This document shows, one piece after another, positions 1 through 10,254 of a DNA stretch of 29,284 bases. How positions within the stretch are numbered: position 1 is the first letter of the stretch; every line of letters begins with the position of its first letter. The position numbers and the translations under genes were made by a program. Source of the stretch: an uncultured Flavobacteriaceae bacterium. Lineage in GTDB: Bacteria > Bacteroidota > Bacteroidia > B-17B0 > Aurantibacillaceae. The stretch is from the NCBI GenBank assembly GCA_964603125.1, contig CAZRUA010000041.1:1-29284 (forward strand), read 5' to 3'. The notes beneath the pieces are model-generated. The model searched no databases, was not told the origin of the DNA, and saw nothing but the letters and a program-made list of their open reading frames with translations.

Positions 1-1105
1 CACCATTTGTGCCATTATTACAAGAAACTGGTGTTGAAACCGCTGTTCCTGGCGCACAACAAGCACCAACTGCACTAAAATTTGTTGGAGGATCATCAGT
101 ACACCCTAAACTTGACCATGAACCAGATTCCCCATCACCTGAAGTATTTATATCCACAGATAAATCTGAACCTGGAGCACAACCAGCATCCGTTGTAATG
201 TTCCAACAAAAATTCCATTGACCAGCTGTTGTAACATCACCAGCTGCAGAATTATTATCTCCGAAATTATTTCTAGGGTTTCCATCAGCAGGACTATAAT
301 CAAAATAAAATCCTGCTTGAGAGCCAAATGTACCACCACCGCCAGGGCCAGAAGGATAATAAGCCCAAGTACCACTTCCGCTTAAACTTGCTGGAGGTGT
401 TGCTACTATTGTTGCCGGATTCCATCCTGCACCAAAGCTAGTTTGAACACCATGCAGCCAATTAACACTTATTTCATTATATTGACCAACATGATAACAA
501 AAATTAACCGTTGTGTTTGGGGGATATGCACCGTTAACAGGTAAAGGATTAACTGTTAATGATGAAGCGGTTAAACAATCACTACAATCCTTACTGTTCT
601 GTGCACTGAGAGTAAAAGTTCCTGTTGCTGTAGTTGTATTACCACTAATCTGTAAAAAATAAGTTTGCCCTATAACCATCTGCTCAACTGTTAACGTTAC
701 AGTTCCAGCAGCATTTCCAATTGCGCATCCACCAATACCACCACCTAAACTGCCACAAGTACCTGAATAAAATGTAATGTTTGGATTTGCAAATGAACTA
801 TTTACTGTGAAAGTACCTGTATAACCCGATGCAGTAAATGAATACCATACATCATTTGCAGGATTAGCCTGTGTACCAGTACCTCCAGTACATCCATTTT
901 GATAAATATAAGGATTTCCTGCTGTAGCTGCAACTGTTGTCCCATTAACTGTAGTGGCGGCTCCATTAAGCAAACCAGTTCCACAATTACCTGGATTAGG
1001 CAAAGTTCCTAACGAAGTTGCGGAACACGGATTATCGTTAACTGGCTGTGCAATTGCCAAATAAGAACAAAAAATAAGTGTGACACTTAGTAAAAATTTA
1101 CGCAT
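1..1105 (-). CDS. Secreted Gly/Thr/Asn-rich surface protein, N-terminal part (3' end lies outside the window)
   Basis: The reverse strand from the ATG at 1105 translates without a stop to position 1: MRKFLLSVTLIFCSYLAIAQPVNDNPCSAT..., a signal peptide followed by G/T/N/C-rich repeats. The short ORFs in the track at 9-221, 148-375 and 802-984 are alternative frames inside this gene. Confidence 0.5.
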   Translation of the reverse strand, partial: MRKFLLSVTLIFCSYLAIAQPVNDNPCSATSLGTLPNPGNCGTGLLNGAATTVNGTTVAATAGNPYIYQNGCTGGTGTQANPANDVWYSFTASGYTGTFTVNSSFANPNITFYSGTCGSLGGGIGGCAIGNAAGTVTLTVEQMVIGQTYFLQISGNTTTATGTFTLSAQNSKDCSDCLTASSLTVNPLPVNGAYPPNTTVNFCYHVGQYNEISVNWLHGVQTSFGAGWNPATIVATPPASLSGSGTWAYYPSGPGGGGTFGSQAGFYFDYSPADGNPRNNFGDNNSAAGDVTTAGQWNFCWNITTDAGCAPGSDLSVDINTSGDGESGSWSSLGCTDDPPTNFSAVGACCAPGTAVSTPVSCNNGTNG

Positions 1106-1126
1106 AATATCGGGGATTTAAATAAA

Positions 1127-1501
1127 TTACTTTTTGCTTGTTGTTGTGATTCCTGCTGTTAAATGTCCAGAAGGAAGAATGTTGAAAGAAGGCATAATAA
1201 AATCATCTGCAAACTTAGTTTGATATTCATTAACGTTGACCGCAATTCCTAATCTAAGTAATTCATTTGCAGATAAAAACTCCAATTCAAAACCATTTTG
1301 AAATTTTATTTTCACACGCTCATCTCTTAAGCGATATCCTTCTAAATCAGCTGCTTCTATCGATTTTTTATAAAACTCAACTTGCGTTTGATCCTTGGCA
1401 TTATTTATATTGAAACTGCCTTTAATTGTTCCTTTAAAAACAAAGGAAAAACTAAAAAAAACAAATGCTAAAACTGCGCTTAAAGTGTAAATTCTTTTCA
1501 T
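1127..1501 (-). CDS. Small secreted hypothetical protein
   Basis: 124-aa ORF with an N-terminal hydrophobic signal-like segment (MKRIYTLSAVLAFVFFSFSFVF). I recognise no motif in it. Confidence 0.45.
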   Translation of the reverse strand: MKRIYTLSAVLAFVFFSFSFVFKGTIKGSFNINNAKDQTQVEFYKKSIEAADLEGYRLRDERVKIKFQNGFELEFLSANELLRLGIAVNVNEYQTKFADDFIMPSFNILPSGHLTAGITTTSKK

Positions 1502-1657
1502 ATTTTCTTATTTAATATACAAACTGATATTTTTTGGACATACTAAGATAACACTTGCAGTTTGAAATAGCAAGCTAGCCTAAAGAAAACATTTAACTTT
1601 TTTTGTGAAAATCTTTAAAATCGCCTCTTATTAAGACGAAATGAGATTAAATATCGA

Positions 1658-2404
1658 CTAAAACTTGTTTAATTTTAGTTCTGTCCCATCAAAAACTGCA
1701 TAAGTTTGATAGTTTATCCACTCCCCTAAATTGATGTACCTACAATCATTATTGATTTTCATGTCGAGTGGAAGATGGCGATGACCAAAAATAAAGTAAT
1801 CAATTTTATTTTTTAAAGTATACTCTTTGCAAAATTGCACCAAAAATTCTTTATCGTCTCCTAAATAAATTCCATCGGATGTACCAGTCATAATACGACT
1901 ACGCTTACTAAAATAGTTTGCTAAACCAAAAGAAAAATTAGGATGCAAACGAGCAAAACACCATTGACAAAATTTATTAGCAAAAATCTTTTTAATAAAT
2001 TTATATCCCTTATCGCCAGGGCCCAATCCATCCCCGTGTCCAATAAAAAATTTCTTCCCATTAAAATCTCTTTCAATCGGTGCACGATATATTACACAAT
2101 TAATCTCCTTACTTAAATAATCAAACATCCACATATCATGATTTCCTGTGAAAACATGAATTCTTGTTCCTTTATCAGATAGTTCAGCCAGCTTACCTAA
2201 AAACCTGAGGTAACCTTTGGGTGCAGTATGTTTATGCTCGAACCAAAAATCAAATAAATCACCTACTAAAAAAATTTCTTCCGCATCATTCTGTATTGAA
2301 CTCAACCAAGCAACAACCTTTCTTTCTCTCTCTAAACTCTTCTCAAAAGTTGGAACTCCCAAGTGAAAATCTGAAGCAAAATATATATTTTTACCTGCCT
2401 GCAT
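1658..2404 (-). CDS. Calcineurin-like metallophosphoesterase, LpxH-like UDP-2,3-diacylglucosamine hydrolase family
   Basis: Shows the metallophosphoesterase signature motifs: an N-terminal SDFHLG (D-x-H), LVGDLFD, and GNHD. At 248 aa the size fits the LpxH-like family. Confidence 0.55.
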   Translation of the reverse strand: MQAGKNIYFASDFHLGVPTFEKSLERERKVVAWLSSIQNDAEEIFLVGDLFDFWFEHKHTAPKGYLRFLGKLAELSDKGTRIHVFTGNHDMWMFDYLSKEINCVIYRAPIERDFNGKKFFIGHGDGLGPGDKGYKFIKKIFANKFCQWCFARLHPNFSFGLANYFSKRSRIMTGTSDGIYLGDDKEFLVQFCKEYTLKNKIDYFIFGHRHLPLDMKINNDCRYINLGEWINYQTYAVFDGTELKLNKF

Positions 2405-5400
2405 TAAAATAATTGAAAACCATTTTTACGAATTTCACTGAAAACATTTAGTTGATTTAAGTTTAATGTGAAACGGATATTATCAACATAACGATAGTTA
2501 TTTATACTTAGTGCGTTCTTGATGTTTTGTGAATACGTTATAGGTAAATAAACAACAAAAAACTTTTTATAAATAGAAACTGTCGCACCAACATTGTACA
2601 TAGATTCCATTTGATTTAAACCTGTTGTATTATATAATCCTCCTTCGACATAAAAAGATAAAGGCAATTTAAATAATTTAGGTGTTTGAATATTTAAACT
2701 CGTAAGCCATCTGTTACTTTGTCCAGCAAAAGAGTAAACTTTAAATCCGCCATCATTCTCGTAAACCTGCTGAGATAATACATTCGGAATATTTGCGCTT
2801 CTGCCAAAGTATAAATTATCATATAAATAATCATTTTGTCCAACCCAAGAACTCATTCTGAAACGATAGTCGTTTGTACTTGAGTTTTGTAAAAAGACAC
2901 CTGCAAATAAACGTAAAGTGAATTTCTTTTTTGAATTATAAGTAATACTGTATTTAAAAGTATTGAAAAGCTTACTCATATTGTCGCCCGTTTGAAAAAC
3001 TAAATTGTTTTCAAAAGGATTTATTCTTCTATCATTTACGAAAGAATAACTTAACTCATAAAAATTTAAATTCACATTTTCTTTACTTAATGAATAATTG
3101 TTCTCTTTTAAATAATCAGCCTTAGTTTTACTAATAATTACACTGCGCAACTTAATCTTTTGAGTCCGACTACTGCGCTCTCTTTTCTTTTTAATTTCAA
3201 ATTCAACAAAAGGATTTAGTTTGTTGTACAATTGCAAAAAAGGTTCACTATCATAGTTAAAACGTGCTGCCGATAAGCCTATTGATACTTGCTGAAAAAC
3301 TTTTTTTGGATAAACATTATACTGAAGATTTCCTACACCTGTTAGTGTTGAAGAACCAAAAGCATACATTGGCATAAGTTCATACTCCAGTTTCTTAGAA
3401 AAAGCCAAGTGATTATATATTGAAAGTCCCGCCATTAATTTATCATATTGATTATAGGCTAAAAGAGGTGAAACATACATTTGTTGTTTTGATAGATCAT
3501 CAATAGCTCCTAACAATTTCAACTCAACTGGGGCTGCCTTTTTAAACAAACCTTTTGTACGAATTGAATTATTCTTAGCATTCACATCCATGGTAAACTT
3601 AAAATAATCTAACATAAATTCGTCGTATTCTCCGGGTGGAACGCTTAATTCTTTTTCACCTTCAAAACCATCATACCAAACCATTCCTAAAATTTCACCA
3701 TTTTTCAAACCACATAAAGCAACAGGGCCTTTAATTTCACCAACGTTCTTAACAATTATGCGATATGAATTATCTTCTTCTTTCTTAAAAGATTTTATTT
3801 TATAATCCATTTTCTTTGTTGAGAAAAGCAAATCATCAAAAAACCATGAAAGGTTTTTCTCGCTATAATACTCTAATATTTTTCTTAAATCTTCAGGCTT
3901 CGGATGTTTAAATTTCCATGTATTGAAATAAAACTGCATGGCAACATCAAACGCATCTTCACCCATATAATTCATTAGATAATTAAACGAAGCCGCGGTT
4001 TTAAAATAAACCATTGCACCATAATTCATGTCAGTAAACTCGGCTGAATGAGTTTGACAAGCTTGATCCTTGTTAACTAAAGCTTGCATTTTGTAGAACA
4101 AATAATACTGTTGTTCAGTACCGTATAAATTTAAATTACCATACTTTAATATTTTACTTGTTGTATCAATTCCTAACAAAGTATTTGCCATCCCAAGGTT
4201 GGGATACTTTGTAAGATTATACCTCATTTCATTAAATGAATTTATTCCTTCGTCCATCCAAGGATTTACTCGTTCATTTGAACCTAAAATACCATAAAAC
4301 CAATTGTGCCCAACCTCGTGCATAATAGTAGTTTCGAGTGTAGATTCGTTTCCGGATTTACCAATAACAGTAATATTAGGGTATTCCATTCCTCCGCCAG
4401 CACTTATTGTTCCATCAACGGCTGTAACATGTTTATAAGGATAATCGCCATTCCATAATGAATAGAAAAAAGTAGCATCATTTAAATAAGCAATTGAATA
4501 CTGCCATAACTCTATTTCAGAATCGGTAAACATTGCCCAAGTTGTTACAGTTCTTTTTGTATGAGGAACAATTACTTCACCTTTCAAAACATTGTAACGT
4601 TTATCGCAAAACCAAGCGAAATCGTGAACATTACTTTGTTTGAATCTAAGTGTTTTTATTTCCAAATCCGATTTAGGAAAATCCATACTTAAGTAAACTC
4701 TTTCCTTACCTAGTTTAGAAATTTTTGCTTCAGTTTTTTCAATTTTAGTTTGAAGCCAAGCTAACTCTTCTTCGCCATTAACCATATCACCAGTTGCACC
4801 CAAAACATAGTTTTTAGGGACTGTAATACTAACATCAAAACTACCATACTCTGAGAAAAATTCACCTTGATTTAAATAAGGAATTTGATTCCAACCATTG
4901 TTATCATAAACAGCTGGCTTTGGATACCACTGAGTAATAGTATATGCTTGGCCAACGTGACCTAATCGAGAAATTTCTCCATTTGGAATTTTAACTCGAA
5001 ACGGCGTGGTTATAGTAATCTTACTACCTGGAGACAAAGGCGAGTTTAAAATTAATTTACATATATCAATATTAATTGAATCATAAACCCATTTTATTGA
5101 TTCGCCATTCACTTTAAAATCAAGGCTATCAATATATCCTAAATCATTTGGCTTAGCAAAATACAAATCAGTTGATCCATTTTCTAATAATTGCTTAGCC
5201 AAAGCTGTTTTATTGTTTTTATAAGCGTTTGGCCACAAATGAAAATAAATAAAACTTAAAGTGTTGTTGGAATTATTAATGTACTCGATACTTTCAAAAG
5301 CACGTAACATATTTAAGCTATCATCCAACTTTACATTAATGGTATAATTAACTTCTTGCTGAAAATAATTTTGTCCATTGGAAGAACAAATGCCGAAAGC

Positions 5401-5442
5401 AAATAAAAAAATGAGATATACTTTAACTATTTTGCTTTGCAT
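2404..5442 (-). CDS. M1-family zinc metallopeptidase (aminopeptidase N-like) with signal peptide and long C-terminal extension
   Basis: HEVGHNWFYG is an HEXXH motif with a downstream Glu, and GGMEYPN is a GAMEN-like exopeptidase motif. The N-terminus has a signal peptide. Length is 1012 aa. Confidence 0.75.
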   Translation of the reverse strand: MQSKIVKVYLIFLFAFGICSSNGQNYFQQEVNYTINVKLDDSLNMLRAFESIEYINNSNNTLSFIYFHLWPNAYKNNKTALAKQLLENGSTDLYFAKPNDLGYIDSLDFKVNGESIKWVYDSINIDICKLILNSPLSPGSKITITTPFRVKIPNGEISRLGHVGQAYTITQWYPKPAVYDNNGWNQIPYLNQGEFFSEYGSFDVSITVPKNYVLGATGDMVNGEEELAWLQTKIEKTEAKISKLGKERVYLSMDFPKSDLEIKTLRFKQSNVHDFAWFCDKRYNVLKGEVIVPHTKRTVTTWAMFTDSEIELWQYSIAYLNDATFFYSLWNGDYPYKHVTAVDGTISAGGGMEYPNITVIGKSGNESTLETTIMHEVGHNWFYGILGSNERVNPWMDEGINSFNEMRYNLTKYPNLGMANTLLGIDTTSKILKYGNLNLYGTEQQYYLFYKMQALVNKDQACQTHSAEFTDMNYGAMVYFKTAASFNYLMNYMGEDAFDVAMQFYFNTWKFKHPKPEDLRKILEYYSEKNLSWFFDDLLFSTKKMDYKIKSFKKEEDNSYRIIVKNVGEIKGPVALCGLKNGEILGMVWYDGFEGEKELSVPPGEYDEFMLDYFKFTMDVNAKNNSIRTKGLFKKAAPVELKLLGAIDDLSKQQMYVSPLLAYNQYDKLMAGLSIYNHLAFSKKLEYELMPMYAFGSSTLTGVGNLQYNVYPKKVFQQVSIGLSAARFNYDSEPFLQLYNKLNPFVEFEIKKKRERSSRTQKIKLRSVIISKTKADYLKENNYSLSKENVNLNFYELSYSFVNDRRINPFENNLVFQTGDNMSKLFNTFKYSITYNSKKKFTLRLFAGVFLQNSSTNDYRFRMSSWVGQNDYLYDNLYFGRSANIPNVLSQQVYENDGGFKVYSFAGQSNRWLTSLNIQTPKLFKLPLSFYVEGGLYNTTGLNQMESMYNVGATVSIYKKFFVVYLPITYSQNIKNALSINNYRYVDNIRFTLNLNQLNVFSEIRKNGFQLF

Positions 5443-5450
5443 AACGTATT

Positions 5451-6623
5451 TTATTTAGAAAAAACTTCTTGAAGCTTTTCATCTAATTTTGAACCACGAA
5501 GATTTTTAGCAATAATTTTTCCTTCACGGTCAATTAAAACGGTAAAAGGAATTGCCCCAATGCCAAACTGGCTGCATACACTGCTGCTAAAACCTTTTAG
5601 GTCGCTAACATGATTCCATTTCAATTTATCATCCTGAATTGCTTTCATCCATTTTTCTTTATCCTCATCTAATGAAACGCTAAAAACATCAAAACCTTTT
5701 GAGTGATATTGATTGTAAGCTTTTACAACATTTGGATTCTCTTGACGACATGGACCACACCAGCTTGCCCAAAAATCAACCAAAACTACTTTTCCTTTTA
5801 AAGAAGACAAGGCCAAATTTTTACCCTCAGGAGTTGGTAAATTAATGTCTGACATTACCTTACCATTAGGCAATGATTTATTTAATTGTTGATCTAATTC
5901 GAATTGTTTGGCATAACCGCTCACTGCTTTATCTAATTGATTAACCAAAATTGAGTTTGGATACTTAGCCTTAAGTTTTGTATTTAAATCTTTATAAAAC
6001 TCGAACTCTTCATCAATCTTGATATAATCAAAACCAGCAAAATTTGCAATAGATACTGGATACTCATTAATCATTTTCTTTACTTGCGGCGCATATTTTC
6101 TTATTATTTTATCATATTCAATAGTCCAAACACCATCAAGCGAATCTGCCTTTATTGAATCCATTTTTAAAGCGTAAAGTTGTTTTTGTAAAGCTTTGGC
6201 CAATGAATCCTGTTCTCCTTTTATTTTTTGCACGAATTTATTTAGAGCTATGAATTGCTTTGTATCTGGCGAACCTTCTACTTCAAAACTATTCTGAAGT
6301 GCCTTTGCATCACCTTTTGCAGTTATTTGCTGAGAGGAATCTGCAATGATGATAGTAAAATTTTGAGGCGTTATTTGAACTTTGTAAAAGTCCATCATTT
6401 TTAATTTATTGGCATTTTCAAATTCAAAATTCCCCTTTTCATCCACCTTAGTAGAATCAAGAAGTACTTCACCTTCTGGGGATAATTGTATCAAACGAAG
6501 CATTTCACCATTAGCATTACTTAATGTTCCTTTTAAAGAAAAACCATCTTTTTTATTCCCTCCGCCACAAGACACTAAAACAAGAGTTGATAATGCTATT
6601 ACGGAACCAAATATTCTTTTCAT
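5451..6623 (-). CDS. TlpA-like thiol:disulfide oxidoreductase lipoprotein (thioredoxin fold, AhpC/TSA family)
   Basis: LVSCGG is a lipobox. WASWCGPC is a thioredoxin CxxC active site in the C-terminal domain. The N-terminal half resembles the DUF4369-like domain typical of Bacteroidetes TlpA proteins. Confidence 0.75.
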   Translation of the reverse strand: MKRIFGSVIALSTLVLVSCGGGNKKDGFSLKGTLSNANGEMLRLIQLSPEGEVLLDSTKVDEKGNFEFENANKLKMMDFYKVQITPQNFTIIIADSSQQITAKGDAKALQNSFEVEGSPDTKQFIALNKFVQKIKGEQDSLAKALQKQLYALKMDSIKADSLDGVWTIEYDKIIRKYAPQVKKMINEYPVSIANFAGFDYIKIDEEFEFYKDLNTKLKAKYPNSILVNQLDKAVSGYAKQFELDQQLNKSLPNGKVMSDINLPTPEGKNLALSSLKGKVVLVDFWASWCGPCRQENPNVVKAYNQYHSKGFDVFSVSLDEDKEKWMKAIQDDKLKWNHVSDLKGFSSSVCSQFGIGAIPFTVLIDREGKIIAKNLRGSKLDEKLQEVFSK

Positions 6624-6627
6624 TTTA

Positions 6628-8082
6628 CTAATTTTTATTTAAAGTTTCACTCACTAATTTGCTTGCCAACTTAGGATCGGCTTTACCTTTACTTAGCTTC
6701 ATCACCTCACCCATAAATAAAGCAACCAAATTTGTTTTCCCGTTTTTGTATTCAACTACCTTTTCAGGGTATTTTGCAATAGCTGCATTAACTATGTCTT
6801 GAAGAGCATCTGCATTACTCTCTTGAATAACGTTTAATTCTTCAGCAATTGATAAAGCTGATTTTGTTGGCTGCTCAATCATGGCAGGAAAAACCTTTTG
6901 CGATGCCACTGAATTAGAAATTTTACCCTCGTCAATAATTGAAATTAATTCGGCAATTTTTTCAGGAGCTAAAACAAACTTTTCAATGGTTAAAGCATTT
7001 TTATTTAAATAACTTTTTACATCGCCCATCATCCAATTGGCTGCGGCTTTGTAATTTTTTGTATTAGATACGATTTGATTAAAATACAATGCAATTGCCT
7101 TAGTATCGGTTAAATTTGTTGCATCATAGTCATTCAACTTCAAATCATTAATGTACTTTTTATACAACTCACTTGGTAAAGGTGGCATATTTACTTTAAC
7201 CGAATTAATGTAGTTTTCGGTTACGTAAATAGGTTGTAAATCTGGCTCAGGAAAGTAACGGTAATCATTAGCATTCTCTTTGCTACGAAGGCTAAAAGTT
7301 GTACCCGCTAAAGCATCAAAACTGCGCGTCTCAACAGGAATCTCTTCATTCGCCTCAATCATATCTATTTGACGTTTTATTTCAAACTCAATAGCACGAT
7401 GAACATTACGAATTGAGTTCATATTTTTAACCTCAACTTTTTTACCAAATTCCTTCGAACCCTTTAGCATCACAGAAATATTTGCATCACAACGCATCGA
7501 TCCTTCTTCCATATTCCCATCACAAATATCCAGGTAACGAACCAATTTTCTTACTTCGCTTAAATAAGCATACGCTTCATCAGCATTCTTAATTTCAGGC
7601 TCTGAAACCATCTCTAACAAAGGAACTCCCGCACGATTCAAATCTATTAACGAATCGAAAGGATCTTGATCATGCATTGATTTACCAGCATCCTCTTCCA
7701 TGTGAATTCGAGTGATATTTATTTTTTTCTCTCCCCCGTTTTCAGTTTTAATGGTAATAGATCCTCCGTTACAAATTGGTGTTTTATCTTGAGTGATTTG
7801 ATATCCCTTAGGTAAATCGGCGTAGAAGTAGTTTTTACGCGCAAACTGATTTTCGTATCGAATATCAGCACCGATTGCTAAACCAAACTTAACAGCAAAC
7901 TCAATCGCTCTTTTATTTACACGTGGCAATGTTCCTGGATGCCCAAGGCTAATTGCACTAATGTGTGTATTAGGTAATCCGCCATATTCGGCCGAATCGG
8001 ATGCATACATTTTACTGTTGGTAAGTAATTGCACGTGCACCTCTAAACCAATAACTGCTTCGTATTTATCGTAAACGCTCAT
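6628..8082 (-). CDS. gatB: Asp-tRNA(Asn)/Glu-tRNA(Gln) amidotransferase subunit B
   Basis: The N-terminus MSVYDKYEAVIGLEVHVQL and the overall 484-aa architecture are typical of GatB. Confidence 0.9.
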   Translation of the reverse strand: MSVYDKYEAVIGLEVHVQLLTNSKMYASDSAEYGGLPNTHISAISLGHPGTLPRVNKRAIEFAVKFGLAIGADIRYENQFARKNYFYADLPKGYQITQDKTPICNGGSITIKTENGGEKKINITRIHMEEDAGKSMHDQDPFDSLIDLNRAGVPLLEMVSEPEIKNADEAYAYLSEVRKLVRYLDICDGNMEEGSMRCDANISVMLKGSKEFGKKVEVKNMNSIRNVHRAIEFEIKRQIDMIEANEEIPVETRSFDALAGTTFSLRSKENANDYRYFPEPDLQPIYVTENYINSVKVNMPPLPSELYKKYINDLKLNDYDATNLTDTKAIALYFNQIVSNTKNYKAAANWMMGDVKSYLNKNALTIEKFVLAPEKIAELISIIDEGKISNSVASQKVFPAMIEQPTKSALSIAEELNVIQESNADALQDIVNAAIAKYPEKVVEYKNGKTNLVALFMGEVMKLSKGKADPKLASKLVSETLNKN

Positions 8083-8173
8083 AAAAAATTAAAGGCTAAA
8101 GATACTATTTTTTAAGCTAGCAAAACCAAATTATTTATTTGCACAATAAGCCTAAATTAAGCCAAACAAAAGT

Positions 8174-8181
8174 ATATTTGT
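8174..8181 (+). promoter_or_regulatory. Bacteroidetes sigma-A -7 element (TAnnTTTG) upstream of the ECF sigma gene
   Basis: tatatttg sits about 20 nt upstream of the ATG at 8202 and matches the Bacteroidetes -7 consensus TAnnTTTG. Confidence 0.35.
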
Positions 8182-8201
8182 ACTAACCAATTTACACAAA
8201 A

Positions 8202-8783
8202 ATGCTCCATCCCAAAGAATGGGTTACCAATTATGGCGATTACCTCTATTCAATAGCTTTGCTAAAAACTAATAACAAAGAGGTAGCTGAGGATTTGGTT
8301 CAAGACACCTTTTTATCCGCAATAAAAGCATCTCAAAACTTTAGAGGAGATAGTTCTGAAAAAACTTGGCTAACGAGCATTTTAAAAAATAAAATAATTG
8401 ACTTTTACCGCAAAAAAGATGTACTAAAAAACTACGATTCATATGTTGATGAAACTGAATCAAGTTTTGATGCCGCGTTTTTTCAAACCGATAATTTGTC
8501 TTCTGCGCATTGGAAAAAGGATGCTATTCCGGCTTCATGGTCGGAAAATGCTGATTTAAAAATAAATGAAAACGAATTTTATTCAGTAGTAAAATTATGC
8601 GTGGAAAAACTACCAACTAAATTATTACCCATTTTTACTGCCAAATTTATTGACGATGAAGATTCTGAAAAAATCTGTAAGGATTATAATATCTCTTCGT
8701 CTAACTACTGGGTAATTATACATAGAGCAAAACTCTTAATGAGATCTTGTCTTGAAAAAAATTGGTTTATAAACCTAAAGTAA
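8202..8783 (+). CDS. ECF-subfamily RNA polymerase sigma-70 factor
   Basis: Sigma70 region 2 (DLVQDTFLSAIKA) and a region-4-like C-terminus. At 193 aa it is a typical ECF sigma. Confidence 0.75.
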   Translation: MLHPKEWVTNYGDYLYSIALLKTNNKEVAEDLVQDTFLSAIKASQNFRGDSSEKTWLTSILKNKIIDFYRKKDVLKNYDSYVDETESSFDAAFFQTDNLSSAHWKKDAIPASWSENADLKINENEFYSVVKLCVEKLPTKLLPIFTAKFIDDEDSEKICKDYNISSSNYWVIIHRAKLLMRSCLEKNWFINLK

Positions 8784-8787
8784 AAAA

Positions 8788-9036
8788 ATGAGATTAACTT
8801 GTAAAGAAGCTGCAAAAATAATTTCGAATGAAAAGCATAAACGTAGTTTAAAATTACGTTTTAGCTTATTTATTCATAAAATTATCTGTCCGCCTTGCGC
8901 AAGATTTGCCAAACAACTTGAAATTTTAAATAAAGGATTTAGCAATTATAGAAATCACTTAGAATTAAACAAACAATCCATTTTAAGCGAAACAAAAAAA
9001 CAACAAATACAATCCGAAATAAATAAACTTACGTAA
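8788..9036 (+). CDS. Zinc-finger (zf-HC2) anti-sigma factor
   Basis: Lies immediately downstream of the ECF sigma gene. HKIICPPC matches the H-x3-C-x2-C zf-HC2 anti-sigma motif. Confidence 0.55.
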   Translation: MRLTCKEAAKIISNEKHKRSLKLRFSLFIHKIICPPCARFAKQLEILNKGFSNYRNHLELNKQSILSETKKQQIQSEINKLT

Positions 9037-9138
9037 ATATAATTTTAACATTTGTTTGCATTTAGAGGCGTAAAGTTATTTCAAAAACAAAGTCTATTAT
9101 TAAAACAAAGTTTCACTCATTAAATCAATTTAATAACT

Positions 9139-10188
9139 ATGACAAAAATTAAAATTTATTTCTCACTAGCAATTGCCTTATTAGCAATTACTTTAACGGC
9201 TTGCGGCCAAGCTGTTACAACTCAAAAAGATACTTTAAACATTAAATCAAACAATCCTATGCAAAAAACTGAAGAAGAGTGGAAAAAAGAATTATCCAGC
9301 GAACAATATTATGTTTTGAGAAACAAAGGCACCGAAGCGCCTTATTCAGGTAAATTACTAATGAATAAGGAGAAAGGCGTTTACAAATGTGCTGGGTGTG
9401 GAAATGAATTATTTACTGATGCCATGAAATTTGATTCGCATTGTGGCTGGCCAAGTTTTGATAAAGAAATTGCTGGAGGGAAAATAAAAACAGTTGAAGA
9501 CAACTCGCTTGGAATGAAACGAACAGAAATTATGTGCGCTAAATGTGGAGGGCATTTAGGACATTTATTTGACGATGGACCAACAGAAACGGGTATGCGT
9601 TATTGCGTAAATTCTTTATCATTAGAATTTGTAAACGAAAAAGATTTAAAAGTATCCACATCAACAATAGACACTCTAACCTTAGGTGGTGGATGCTATT
9701 GGTGTGTTGAAGCGGTTTATGAAATGTTGGATGGTGTTATTTCAGTTGAGTCAGGTTTCTCTGGCGGAACCATTAAAAATCCTAGCTATGAAGATGTTTG
9801 CACCGGAACAACTGGTCACGCCGAAGTTGTACAAATCACATTTGATAAAACCAAAACATCAATTGATGAAATTTTCAAAGTGTTTTTTACGGTTCATGAC
9901 CCTACCACATTAAACAGACAAGGAGCGGACGTTGGAACACAATATAGATCGGTAATATTCTACAGAAATGAAGAGCAAAAACTTGCAGCCAAAAGTATAA
10001 TTGACGAACTAAATAAAAACAAAGTTTATGATAATCCTGTGGTAACAGAAGTAAGCCAGTTTACTACTTTTTATAAAGCCGAAGATTATCATCAAAATTA
10101 TTACGCTCAAAACAAAACTAAATCCTATTGCAGAATGGTGATTCAGCCTAAAATTGAGAAATTCGAAAAATTATTCAAAGAAAGGTGA
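9139..10188 (+). CDS. msrAB: Bifunctional peptide-methionine sulfoxide reductase MsrB-MsrA fusion, lipoprotein
   Basis: LTACGQ is a lipobox. The MsrB part has CAGCGNELF and HCGWPSF (CxxC ... RxCxN-like zinc and active sites). The MsrA part has GGGCYWCVEAVY, the GCFWC active site. Confidence 0.85.
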   Translation: MTKIKIYFSLAIALLAITLTACGQAVTTQKDTLNIKSNNPMQKTEEEWKKELSSEQYYVLRNKGTEAPYSGKLLMNKEKGVYKCAGCGNELFTDAMKFDSHCGWPSFDKEIAGGKIKTVEDNSLGMKRTEIMCAKCGGHLGHLFDDGPTETGMRYCVNSLSLEFVNEKDLKVSTSTIDTLTLGGGCYWCVEAVYEMLDGVISVESGFSGGTIKNPSYEDVCTGTTGHAEVVQITFDKTKTSIDEIFKVFFTVHDPTTLNRQGADVGTQYRSVIFYRNEEQKLAAKSIIDELNKNKVYDNPVVTEVSQFTTFYKAEDYHQNYYAQNKTKSYCRMVIQPKIEKFEKLFKER

Positions 10189-10254
10189 AAAAAATAACTA
10201 CAAAAATCACAAAGTAAAAGTTCGATAAAGTTTTATATTTGTGCCCCAAAATAA

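Noticed and set aside
9-984. Short ORFs 9-221(+), 148-375(-) and 802-984(-)
   Set aside because: All lie inside the long minus-strand reading frame that starts at 1105 and runs off the window edge. They are alternative-frame artefacts.
2221-2412. ORF 2221-2412(+) and similar short ORFs: 6409-6642(+), 9686-9913(+), 10842-11039(-), 11852-12150(+, two ORFs), 14326-14541(-), 15400-15585(-), 17157-17399(-), 17862-18155(-), 18810-18992(+), 19885-20424(-), 21117-21329(-)
   Set aside because: Each is embedded in or antisense to a well-supported longer gene. They have low-complexity composition and no motifs.
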